Position numbers and translations under genes: made by a program. A stretch of 62,045 nucleotides of DNA, filler included, from Choristocarpus tenellus KU-1152 (taxonomy: Eukaryota > Protista > Phaeophyceae): NCBI GenBank assembly GCA_964200185.2. It is 13 parts of 13 records of this genome, joined end to end, with 100 filler letters (N's around TTAATTAATTAA, not from the genome) between each part and the next. Parts side by side here need not be neighbours in the genome. Positions count along the whole stretch, not along the records: positions 11,838 to 15,462 come from CAXNAD020018882.1; positions 15,563 to 19,456 come from CAXNAD020017304.1; positions 19,557 to 23,452 come from CAXNAD020017284.1; positions 23,553 to 27,892 come from CAXNAD020015028.1; 9 more parts are not named here. One strand, given 5' to 3'. Shown one piece after another: positions 11,882-23,623 of the stretch (position 1 is the stretch's first letter; the number at the start of each line of letters is the position of its first letter). Under the pieces are notes generated by a model. It was not told the origin of the DNA, ran no database searches, and saw only the letters and a program-made list of their open reading frames with translations.

Positions 11882-12997
11882 TTCACAGGAGGGACACAAC
11901 GCATCACTTTCACTCAAAAAGATGATATTGGTGGCATGAGCTTGTTCTCCTCTTCAAGTCCTCACAAGTGTAACACAAGCGATTCACACACAACTGACAC
12001 GCCTTGTCAGATTGAGCCTCACAATTGACCGGTGTCCTCCATAATAGGAACAACCCTATGGGCTACAGAAAATGCTGACTTTGTTCCGCCCTGAAGGTAT
12101 GAACACTCTTCGAATTCCCAGATTTAGAAAGTAGGGCCTGCCTTGAAAACATACAGCGCCTATTGCTAGTCATGTAATGTTTCTCATAAGCTACAGTCGA
12201 GTGTGGACATTCTAAGGATGTTAGGAGAGTAGAGAAAGCTATGGAGGGCTGACCTGGATAATGCATTGAATGACCAGCACTTGAGCATAAACCCTGCCAT
12301 GTCTAGGTGCTGCTGTCACACTCTGGACAGTACATTGACAGAAGAATCTAATGTCACAAGCTGATACTGCAAAGTTGAATTTAAGCCTTGTTAGTGTCCC
12401 CAGGATAACGACATTTTGTACATACCTTGCAAATATACCTACGGCTTCTTAGACACTCAAAATACGAATTTCGGTCACATATGACAAATCAATCCAACCA
12501 ACTGGATAGTAGGCGGCAGGGCGAAGTGTGCAAGACAATATCCGTCTCACAAAAAAGACAGTCATCTTGACTAGGTACCATCCCCTTCCTCCATGGGGTT
12601 ACACACAATTCGGATGAGACAAAAGCAAATGGAGGTGCATTTATTTGTGGTGATATTGATAGAAATAAAACCCCAAGCAAGGTTTCTAGGTCCACCCTCG
12701 CTTGTTGAAGAGCTGCTACAACACAGAAATAGACCCCAACTCCTGAGTCGCGATTCATAAACTTTCCCTCTCTTGCTCCATAACCTTTACATCCGTTCAG
12801 TTGACAGGACTGAGTAGCCTGTGGGAGGATATGGTGCAAGTAGTCAGTACAAACCATCGTGAAAATATAACACAATACAGAAGGAATGGAGCTCGAGGTG
12901 CTGAAGCCCCTAAGATTTATGAGCCCTCAAAACAACAACAAAAAAGGAGGGTAACACCTATTGAAGGGATTTCCCTCAGGACATCTATACCAACACT

Positions 12998-13273
12998 GAG
13001 ACAAAGTAAACGAGAGGTACCCAGGTTTTGGCCATTTTGAACTGAAGTCTGTTTTTTTCAATCTTTTGCAGTTCACCCATATTTTTATTATTTCCATGGA
13101 TGAAGTTCTTTAAGTTTCACTTGAGAGTGTTTATTTTGAGACTTTTCCGACACAATGCGAAGATATCTCGTACACCTTTGTAAGAAAAAAAAGAAGACGA
13201 ATTTTGCACATATTTGTCAGCATCTTTAAATTGCAACTCTGTCTGGGTACCTACCTCTCCCTTACTTTAGCTC
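12998..13273 (+). mobile_element. MITE family C (GAG..CTC termini)
   Basis: Left end GAGACAAAGTAAACGAGAGGTACCCAG; right end CTGGGTACCTACCTCTCCCTTACTTTAGCTC. A homologous end lies in reverse orientation at about 22730-22813. Confidence 0.7.
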
Positions 13274-14132
13274 ACTGTGATCTGGAAGGTGAAAACAAGA
13301 TGGAGAAGACACCCATGTAGGGGAACACAACTGAACCAGGACATGAGTGCAGAACATGCTTTGAAAGACACAGGCAAGACACAAGTAGAGGTGCTAGGCG
13401 ACTCGTTACCAACTCGTTGGTAGTGTCTTGAGGACTCATAAAGGCGACGAGACATGCATACACTCTTGATACCACACGCAAACTGTTAAATGAAAAGAAT
13501 GTATAGAATCCCAAGTCTTGATATTGAAATATGTAGATGAATTCCTTCTCAGTTATGTTATAGGAGGTAGAAAGTTGGAGTGAGATATATCGTTCAAGAA
13601 GGGGGGGGTGATAAACCTTTAACTTATCCCAGATCACTAATAACTCGTCACTCAGTCCGTGTTAATTGCTATGTTACTTGCTACAACGTTCCTTTTCTAG
13701 GATTCTTCTTGTACTATAATAACCCGGATAATATTTTCATAGTCACCTGACAAAGACATTACTATCAATTATCCCATTATCCAACAATATTTCAACAACC
13801 CAATGTTTCTCCCACAGAATCATCTTTTACACATGAATAAAAAGCATATTCTTAACACAAAGCACACACACAGAGTGTGAGGATCATTCCAAGCAACAAC
13901 AAAGTTCCTTAAAAAAAGAAAAGAAAAAGCAAAAAGAACTATTTTGAACTACAGAAAAAATATATATTTTACTCCCAACGGTACAGAGAAAAAAGTCCGT
14001 GACAGTAGCACACTTACTGGGCAGCCCAAAAGAATCACGCAAGGGACTTGTGTGCGCTCTTCCTCCTCTCATTCCCGAACCGAAATGTGAGTAGTAGTAT
14101 GGTCTTATTTGAAGTATTTGCAGCAGTCAATG

Positions 14133-14293
14133 TCATGCCCATCGCAGGCGTGGTGGAATGAACTCCAGGTCAAGCCTGGCGAAGATGTCCTCCTCCGTTT
14201 CGATCACACAAGGCACCGGTTCATCATTGCTCAGGTACGACAGCCCCTTCTGGCTAAGGCGCAACCCCAGCACTTCCTTGGCGTAACGACGCA
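14133..14293 (-). CDS. X-family DNA polymerase (Pol beta/lambda-like), terminal exon with thumb subdomain
   Basis: After a CAG acceptor: (M)RRYAKEVLGLRLSQKGL...IETEEDIFARLDLEFIPPRLRWA*, matching the PolX thumb consensus R..A...G..L...GL...E.DIF..L.L.Y.PP..R. Absent from the ORF track. Confidence 0.85.
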
Positions 14294-15726
14294 CTGCAAA
14301 CAATAGTAATAATGATAATGCGACAGTAGTAATAATAGTAGTGTTATTACAGAATAATAAATAATAAACTAAAAAATAATAATAATGATAAAAAAAAGGT
14401 AAGAAAAACTAGCAGAGAGGTACAGCACTTCTCATAGTCAAGAAAAGATGTTCCCGTTTTGAAAAAAAAAAAAGTCACATGGAATATTTTTACTTTTTTT
14501 CTGGTCTTGACTCAAAGGTAAATGTGAAACCGCATGTTTTCCAGAAAAACACGCTTCCAAATATTGGAAGAGAGGACAATAGTTTTCCCAAATATGCTAA
14601 AAACGTTTAGGGATTTGAACGCGAAATCTTCTTGGGTTGTGCACCCTGTGCTGTCATATTATTGTTATCATTATATATTATTATTATTATTATTATATAT
14701 TATTATAATTACTATTGCAGGTGGACTAGTGCAGGTATTGTAGGATGAGTGGTGATGTTCACAAGTCAAGTGCGATTGAAACTATCCTTGAACAATTTCG
14801 GACATTCTGCTCCAGTGAGAGAAGTCGTGACTCTCAAATGGAGCCTCAGTCCACGCACGTGTACAATGTACATAATAACACATAATACACATAACATATA
14901 ATACACAACACTTCCATAATACATAAATACATACATACATACAGATACATCCATTCTGTCTTTAAAACAAAACAAAACAAGACAAAACAAAACACCTGTT
15001 AAGGGCAACAGAGTTAGTTCCAAAAGCGCGCCACTTCAAATATCCACTACTAACATAAAGAGAATCAAATGAGATACAGCTGGTATAGTATGGCTAGTAT
15101 CCGAAATTTGATTGACCCCCCCGCCAAGAGAGAGCAAACGGCCCACATTCAACATTCAACATTCAACATTCAACATACCGCCTTCAATCTGCGTTGTGCT
15201 GAAACAGAATGCGGTAGATGCATAGGTACAGAGCATCATCAGACCACCGCACCACCAGGGTCTGGACATATAAAAAAGAAAAAAAAAAGAAAAATGAGCA
15301 TGAGAAGCGGGGAATCGAAATCTTGGCGACATGGCAAACGCCTGCAAAACCCGATTGAACTGGATTGAACTGGATTGAACTCAAAAAGAAAAGGGTCATC
15401 AGCATGCCATCACACTCTCAAACCCAACAGTTACACCTTGCCCCCCCCCCCCCCTCCCCCCCNNNNNNNNNNNNNNNNNNNNNNNNNNNNNNNNNNNNNN
15501 NNNNNNTTAATTAATTAANNNNNNNNNNNNNNNNNNNNNNNNNNNNNNNNNNNNNNNNNNNNGGGGGAGGGGAGGTCAAGTTACGGCGGGGTAGATGTCT
15601 TCTAGCTCAAAGACACGGTTTGAAGGGGATCATGAAAGGGTGTTCTTGGATGATTGTGGAGTGGTGTTGAGTGGTGTGAGAACTGTTGTGGGGTTGAGGT
15701 GTGTGGGAACCTGTGTGGATTGAAAG

Positions 15727-15944
15727 GATGGCTGGCAAGCAGTGACGAAGGGCATTCGCACTGGTTGGTCATAGAATGTGATGGCTGGCAATCAGTGACA
15801 AAGGGCAGTTGCATTGGTTGGTCATCAAATGTGGGGATGGCTGGCAATCAGGGACGAAGGGCATTCGTACTGGTTGGTCATAAAATGGGGATGGCTGGCA
15901 ATCATTGACGAAGGGCATTCACACTGGTTGGTCATCAAATGGGG
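15727..15944. repeat. Minisatellite, about 54 bp x 4
   Basis: Unit GATGGCTGGCAATCAGTGACGAAGGGCATTCGCACTGGTTGGTCATCAAATG(T/G)G repeated four times with substitutions. Confidence 0.9.
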
Positions 15945-16146
15945 AATAGAGAATAGAGGAATGACAAATTAGGAATGAGCAAATAATAATAATAATCCAG
16001 AATTCGTGAGCAAAGCAAACGTTGTATTTACTGTGTATTGGTTGTGATTTAGGTTTGGTTCTGATTTTCCCTAACACACCTCCAATCTTATGAAGAGGGC
16101 TCTGATAAGCCAAGGTCCAGAGTTCGAGCCTCGGCTTGAGTACCAC

Positions 16147-16158
16147 GGTTATGGGCCC
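16147..16158 (+). mobile_element. Copia-type primer-binding site (half-tRNA-iMet), probably just after a 5' LTR
   Basis: Exact GGTTATGGGCCC, the PBS of copia-like elements primed by a tRNA-iMet fragment; preceded by ...GAGTACCAC. Confidence 0.55.
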
Positions 16159-17049
16159 TATTTCTGTGTGATGGGGGATGATGAGAACCACCAGAGATAC
16201 GGTTAAGAGAAATGAAGTAATAGATGAGACTGAGGCATCCTTTGTGTAATCTCCACTACTGGGATTTGTTACGACTAGTCACAACAGAAAATACGATCTC
16301 AGGCTTTGCTGGTTTGAATCCACCATTGCTGTCAGGGTTACCACAAGCCAGTCGTGCGTGTGACGAACACCACATCACCTGGGTTAGCCTCAATGGCAAA
16401 AGGTGGCGTGGGCAAATGTGTATGACTGCACACATTTTCCTCATCAATGTCAGGAGATCCGAGAAAGAAACAAAAAGTGTAGGAGCTTCATTTTGAAGTT
16501 TGGCTCTTTACCACTGAACAGACGCTTCCTACAGTGGTTCTATGTGACTCCATCAGTGTTCAGTCTTGTCGACTATGCTACTCTATGAGCAACAAATACT
16601 TTTTTTTCAAACTAATCCGATGCAACTATGTGACTAATCATAAATGACTTGGCCAAGGCTGGGTAGTCTAAGAGAGAACAACAACCCCTAAACCTGCTAC
16701 GGGCGAATAGCGCAAGTATTTCTTCCTGCGCTTTAACCAGCACAAGCAGTGTACACCCATGTGGAGCCCCCAAAAGGGGGAACTGTAACTTGAGAATGTA
16801 TGCAACGGTTCTCATATGTATTCCAATTTCTGTTGCTGAAATAAAAATAAAGGGGTAATTGATGATAAGAGATCCCAAACGGCTCGAGCCCCCGCATGAC
16901 TCACTCTTAACAGATACAAATTTTCATATTCATGCTTATTGATTCATAAGAGTACCCTTATCTGCTGACCTGATATTCATCATCTTCATCGGAACTTTGA
17001 CTGTCGGAGTATCCGGGGGGAGGCTTGTACGAGTATCAGTGTAATCTAC

Positions 17050-17650
17050 AGCTATACATCCAATGGAGGTAAGCTTTGGAGCATACTGTAACACACCTGC
17101 CCCAGAGGTCCACACTTTACCAGCCCATGATGCAAGGATCACAAGGAGGGCATAACAAGAGATTGCCCGCCTCCTATACAGGATCCAGTTCGACTCATTC
17201 AGAACGCAATTGGCCAACCTACCATACAATGCAGAACAAGGGAGGGAATTTGGTAGCCCTGGCCCACCATCAGAGCCAGTGTGGACAAGGGGATAATGTA
17301 TGGGCCTCCACACAACTCTTGGAACCAGCATGCCAGATCCCTCCCATAGAGCTTAGACTCACTTCCAGCTGGTTCCTAGGGAGGGAGGAGGCCCTATCCA
17401 ACAGGTGCCAAGTGGCTGGGTGCAGGAGGCATATTGTGGACACAAAACTTGCTCGTACTTGCCCTAGGGCAAGGGGGCAGGTACGTCAACACCGTGAGGT
17501 ACAGGACTAAGCTAGGTTGGAGGCACAGGAGGGTAGTGGTGTAGCATAGGTGGTCGTAAAATAGTAAACAGAAAATGTCTTTCACATTTATTAGTGTTAC
17601 TTTTTCAAGGGTTCTGACATTTGAATGGTTTTTCACTAGTTTTTCCTCAC
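17050..17650 (+). mobile_element. RLE-type non-LTR retrotransposon relic, internally deleted
   Basis: 17285-17470 is the reverse complement of 21420-21600, and 17500-17600 of 20715-20810. Encodes a zinc-knuckle-like RCQVAGCRRHIVDTKLARTCPR. Confidence 0.7.
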
Positions 17651-18519
17651 ACATCCACAAAATACCATAACAAAAAAAAAGACATATTGAATGGCTCTCT
17701 TTATACAGTCGGTGTACCTACATAAAAGAGGGTAGGGGCAAGAAAACAAAACCTCTCTTATATCCCGATTCTCTCTTATTGCACATAAGAGAGATTTTCT
17801 CTTAAACCGAGGGATCGTGATAAGAGAACCCTATGTTATATTGAGTAGCAGCGGTCGTAGGCACTTTATACTTGTCCTTGAACGACAACAGAGCGACTCC
17901 CTTGTTGTATGTGCATCCCACGTGCCTTCGAGAGTAGTTATATGAAGATGTGTATTGAACATTGCCCTTAGTGAGTCCATTGCGATGGAGGTATGGTGGT
18001 GCACAAGCACCACATCCACACCACCCCTCCATAGTATAACAGTGTCATATGTATACAGTACTGTAACTTGAGAAAAATTACACTTATTGCGATGTACTCA
18101 CTCATATGTATAGTACACCTTCCCAAGAAAAGCACCTGCAAGACGTTGGATGGCTGGACAGATGACTCACAGTTCAAATCAAATCAACGTTCAAAGCCAA
18201 TCTCCCTCGAATGCCCTGTCCTACGTATTCAATTGCACCCTACAATGATATTATACAGTATAGTATCAAAAACACTACCATAAATCAAATGTAGTTGCAC
18301 TGCCATGCACCTCCCATCGCACGCACTGAATAAATAATATTATTCGCGGATAAAAAAATCGCGACTGCCAAAAAAATCTCGAATGTTCGCTTGTTTGATT
18401 GCCCTTGCCCCGATTGCGCTGAGCCAAGCCAGCTTTGCTTTCTTGAGATGGTATGAAACATTGTTCATGCTGCACTCGTCACCTACTTGAGAGTACGGCG
18501 GTGGAGGAATCGATAACAC

Positions 18520-19410
18520 TTAAGAGGCTGCTCCTTTCCTCACGGCTCCTGAAGCGCTGCCCCCTCCCATAAACCCATTGTCATCCTCATCACCCGAGCT
18601 TTCATTGTGGTACAAGGGTTCCTCGAGCAGCTGGCCTTTCATGTCCTCTAGTATCGCATTGGCCACTACATCGTTGTCTCTCACACCAATCCACGCTCTT
18701 GTTGCGTTGGTGGAAGTCTGAGACGGTCTTCCGCTGGGTCTGATGTGCAAAGTGCCAAGAGGATTAGAGAGATCCTCAATATATATATAGGGACACCTTG
18801 TGGGACGTACCTCTACGAGAAAAATGGTCACTCGTGATATTACAGTACACAGTATAGACATTAAAGTACAACAGATATACGCACAAAATTCCAAGAAATC
18901 CAATCATGATTCTCATCAGCAGACAGTGCAGAAAGACAATTCAATCACGATCTCAATCAACCTACTTTCAGACTTTCAGTCCACGCGTCGACGCACCTCG
19001 ACGTGTTTGGCACCCCTCGTAGACTTGGTACCAGTCTTCAGTGTCTACGCTTTCTCCATGATGGTTGTTGCCTCCTTCAAATTGTAGAGGGTGCTGTGAT
19101 CGATTCCAAACTTTTGAGCAACCGCAGTTTCCGTCATGATCTTCAGGAGTGTCAACGCTTCCACCTTTTTTGCAAAGCTCAAACGTTTACGATTGTCGGC
19201 ATCGCAAGACTTGTAGAGAAAGACTTTCTCCGTAGATATATTTGGCAGCACATTCCCCTTGCCCTTGTTCTTGATATCGTGGCGCTTCGACGCTGTGTTG
19301 TCATCGGTTGGAGGACTCAAAGCCTTGCGCTTGATGTGGCTCATGCACAATTTGCACATGCGTTTCATTTCGCTGGCGCCAAAATGGATCCACGACGCAG
19401 CAAATGCCAT
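18520..19410 (-). mobile_element. Decayed pogo/Tigger-like transposase (N-terminal HTH and acidic C-terminal remnant)
   Basis: RKRLSFAKKVEALTLL....TAVAQKFGIDHSTLYNLK...TKSTRGAKHVEV fits the psq/CENP-B-type HTH; internal stops; no DDE core seen. Confidence 0.6.
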
Positions 19411-19769
19411 GAAGATAGCCTCTACAAACGCGACAGGTTCAAAGTATCTGGGGGGGNNNNNNNNNNNNNNNNNNNNNNNNNNNNNNNNNNNNNNNNNNNN
19501 TTAATTAATTAANNNNNNNNNNNNNNNNNNNNNNNNNNNNNNNNNNNNNNNNNNNNCAGATACTTTGGGTCCCTTGATTCACTCTTTATTTCTCGATTAA
19601 AACATTAAGTCAAACTTTGACCTAAGCACTAAGTGATGCATCGAGGGAAGAGTGGCCGACACCCGCACGTGGCTATCAACTGTGGAAATACCCCCCTAGC
19701 GTCGTTTTAAGGTCGTTAGATTAGAGTTACACATCCTGTGGAAGTGAGTTCTGGAGCGCGCTGCAACAG

Positions 19770-20435
19770 AGGTGCTTCAAGTCATCAAAGTAGGAGGGGT
19801 CTCTTGGGGTGATTTTGAGGCCAGAACTGGGCGGGTCGAGGGTCAGAACGTCGGTATGGCCACCCCCCCGTTGACCCCCCCGTGTAGGAAGGGTGTCCAA
19901 CTGTCCCTGAATACCAGGGTTTGCTTTGCAGTGTGGCACGCCCTTGTGATAATCCCTGATGAGCATAAACTGCCGTGACACGTTGGGCTGACCCTCGTAG
20001 CAGAGTTCGGAGTGTTCGAGCGTTACATTTGAGGGCTCTGGGAGGACGTCACTGATCAGCTTGCCTGTGGCCACACGCTTGACCTAGTGGTGGTGGGACG
20101 CAGTGAGTGGTGGCCTTCGGAGCTCACACCAACCAAGATGGCCACAATACATAACTATATGTAGTATCAACTCCGATAATCGGTCATCCACAGTGTGTAA
20201 GGTGGCAATGAAGATAGCCGCCAAGGGACTGAATTATAGCACGAGCACCATAAATAGGTGGGTTGGATGATATGGGAGCCATGCTGAATGCCGCTGGATC
20301 AAACCCAAGCTCAAATCGTGGCAAAAGGTATGGAGAATGGACTTTGTGTGCGATCAAGTGGAACGGAAACGTGGTGTGTACACCTCCATGGTGAACACGA
20401 TCCATGTGGATCAAACCTGGTTTTACGTGTTTACC
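19770..20435 (+). mobile_element. Truncated copy of the mariner-like element
   Basis: Colinear with 42305-42950 (ATGGCCACCCCCCCG..., MVNTIHVD), with frameshifts; ends just after the first catalytic Asp. Confidence 0.85.
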
Positions 20436-20479
20436 GAGCTGCCCAAAACGTTTTTCCACCGCAAAGGTGTTTTATAATA

Positions 20480-21590
20480 TATATATTATTATGCCCTCCG
20501 CCATTTTGCAGATGTGTCATCATAGAGAAAGCCAATTTAATATCATAAGGACACCCATAAATAGCACTGTAAAAGTATCAGTTGTCGGAAATGTGAGAGG
20601 GGCCTATAATTATTATTATTATGCCCTCTAACATTTTGCAGATGTATCAGGGGGAAAACCAATCAATGAAATACCATTCAAATTTCAGAACCCCTGAAAA
20701 AGTAACAGTACCGTCGAAAATGTAAAAGACATTTTTCTATCATCTATTTACTATTTGACTACCAGCAGTGCGACACCACTCCTCCTCTACCTCCAACCTA
20801 GCTTAGTCTTGCACCCAGGGTGAGGAGCTAGGGAAGCATCCCAAGAATCTATCAAGTCCCTCCTAGCCCATCTCCCTAGTGTCTCGAGCTTAAAGCGCAT
20901 GACACGTCTAGATAGAGCTACTTCTGTTGTGACAGGCACTATCTATCGTAGACGGAATTTGACAGTCACTTTCCTGTTGTAGCCGTCTGCCCCTCTCCCC
21001 AGTACTGCATGCATAGCCAACTCATCCAGAAAACTTTCTACTTGCTTACCGGGGCATCCAAAACTTTCCAATGTGAAGGTGTTGTTGTTGTAACTATAAG
21101 GGTCAAAAGAACCCTCATAGTGGTTGTGCTGTCACGCCTCAGCTGCAGCAGCAACTAAAGCATTGCTGGTGGATGAGTGGGGCAGATGGGAGGCTGCTTG
21201 CACTTTAGCAAACGTAACATGTAGGAGGAGGCCTTTGTGTCGGTAGGGAGCTGATCCTGTGTCTGCAAGTGCCCCAGCATGGAAGATCAGATCCATGCAG
21301 AAATTAGGATCCACTGGGAATGGGCTACCGTCCTCCATAGTGCAAGGAATGCCCTTTCCTTTGCAGAGTTGACCTAGACGCTCACCATTATTAGTGTGTG
21401 TTGGTGTACCTGTCCTCCTGTCCTAGGGCAGGTATGTGCATATCTAGTGTCCACATTTTGCTTCCTACAACTAGTCACTGGGCACCTGTTCGATGGGGCA
21501 TCTTCCCTTCCTAGTGATCACTGATAGTGAGTCTAAACTCTACGGGAGGGATCTGGCATGCCAGTTCCAGGGGTTGTTTGGAGGCCCATA
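20480..21590 (-). mobile_element. RLE-type non-LTR retrotransposon, 3' relic
   Basis: CMDLIFHAG...LLLHVTFA...AAAAEA*QHNHYEGSFD...TFTLESFGCPG...FLDELA...VALSRRVMRFKL is a restriction-like endonuclease C-terminus; followed by a duplicated 3' tail ending in (TAA)n. Confidence 0.75.
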
Positions 21591-22250
21591 TTATTATATC
21601 CTTTGATATTTTGTAGATGTGTTGGGGGAAAAGCTGAAACCAATATCACAAGGACCACTGTAAGTGCAACACTTGTAGTAAATGTGAAAGATATCTCTAA
21701 AATATATTTACTATTTGAATACCACCTATACTGCAAAACTATATCGAACGTTGGAAATCACAACGGTCGTAGTGCGTCATGTTGGGGTCCCTAAATTCAT
21801 TTTTTATAGTTGAAAACATTACATATTATTCCGTATATATTTACTACAACACTCCTGTAAAGGTTGGTAATGTCAATGATTTGTGTACATCGCTGCTATG
21901 CCTCCGACCTTGCTTAGCCCTACGCAAGTGGGCAAGGAGCTAGGGAAGCTCAAGAATCTGACAGACCCCTCCTTACCCATCTCCCTGGTGTCTCCAGGTC
22001 GAAACGCATGACACATCCCAAGAGAGCCACCTGTGTAGTGACAGACACTATCTGTTGTAAGCAGCATTTGACAGTCCCTTTCCTCCTATATCCTCCCGCC
22101 CCTCTCCTCCCCACTGTTGTGAAGCCAACTCATCCAGAAAGCTTTCTGCTAGATTACTGAGGCACCCAAAACTTCTCACTGCGAAGTTGTTGAGGCTAAG
22201 ACTACGAGAGTCAAAAGAGCCCTCATAGTGGGTGCGCACCACTCTCCTCT
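21591..22250 (-). mobile_element. Second RLE-type non-LTR 3' relic, head-to-tail with the previous one
   Basis: HYEGSFDSRSLSLNNFAVRSFGCLSNLAESFLDELA is homologous to about 21020-21125; the same tail sequence is at 21590-21730. Confidence 0.7.
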
Positions 22251-23623
22251 CTGCGAAAGATGTTCAAACGGTTATTTGGTACAAATTCGTTGAATTTAAT
22301 CCCTCTGCAATGGCTTCTCCTTGTCAGCACAAACTGCGCAAATCACAGTGTGTTGGTTTGTCAACATCTCGTCATGTTATCGGAAGATTTGTCCTACACC
22401 ACTCTCACAAATGTGAACGTGGACAAATGATTCGGATCCACAAATCACAAATGAAAGACTGAACTCTTAAATCTTAGACTTGTGAGGATGTGCCAATCAA
22501 TGTGCATGATTTAGATTTATGACAGCAACGCCACTTGATTTTTCGGAAACTGACTTGCAAGCCACAAATCGGATTTGCTTTGTCCGACGTATACAAGCTT
22601 GAGAAAGCGATGAAAAGTCCTCTTCATCAAGCATTACTACAAAGAAAGAAAAATTGGAAAAATAATAATTTCTCAAACAATAGAGAAATAGACGGTCTAA
22701 GGTCAAACTTCAAACATCCACATATATAGGGGTGAATTGCAAAAGATTGAAAAACAAGACTTGAAATAATGCAAAACGGTCAAAACCTGGGTATCTCTCG
22801 TTTACCTTGGCTCATTAGACATTAGTGTGAATTGTAGTACAACATGGACTACTGTAACAATGAAAAAACAGGTTGTGGTGTGGTAACATCAGCACTTGAA
22901 TCACATGTGGACCCCCACCCTGAGACATATACAGTGATACGATTTGTTTACAACTCAACAATGTTCACTTCGATCCAACGTCCACACATACATGAGGCAA
23001 CCAGGGTGATTGATCATATTATGTATGCATATAATACATCGAGAAAGTACAAAACATTGATCTAACATTCACCTGCTTTAGTGCCCCGTTCTCCTCTCAC
23101 TGTCTGTGATGGCAACCTCTGGTCCATTGCCTTCCTAAACTCAAACAATGTAACCACATGTGATGCTATACACAAGAAAAAATGACGACACATGCAAGCA
23201 TGAATCAACCTTGCTGATGGGAAACAAGTATGTTCATTTGTGAAGAACCTCCCAGTCGTAGGCTATTACTACTCCTGCTTATAGCAGTAAAAAGCATCCC
23301 AACCAGATGCGCAACACATAGATTGAGGTACACATACTTTCGGTTTTACATGCAAAAAAATCATACACACATACAGCTCTTCTTGCATTAACAGCCGATT
23401 TCAAAAATTGAGGATGGAGCTTTTCATTGAGGATGGGCTTGACCCAAAATTGNNNNNNNNNNNNNNNNNNNNNNNNNNNNNNNNNNNNNNNNNNNNTTAA
23501 TTAATTAANNNNNNNNNNNNNNNNNNNNNNNNNNNNNNNNNNNNNNNNNNNNTTTTTTTTCTCCCCCAAAACCCCCCCCCCCCCCCCACTCCCTCCCCCC
23601 CCCCCCCCCCCCCGTCCATGTAC

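Noticed and set aside
15727-15944. Four-unit repeat considered as a CRISPR array
   Set aside because: Units are contiguous with no unique spacers, no cas genes are present, and the context is eukaryotic.
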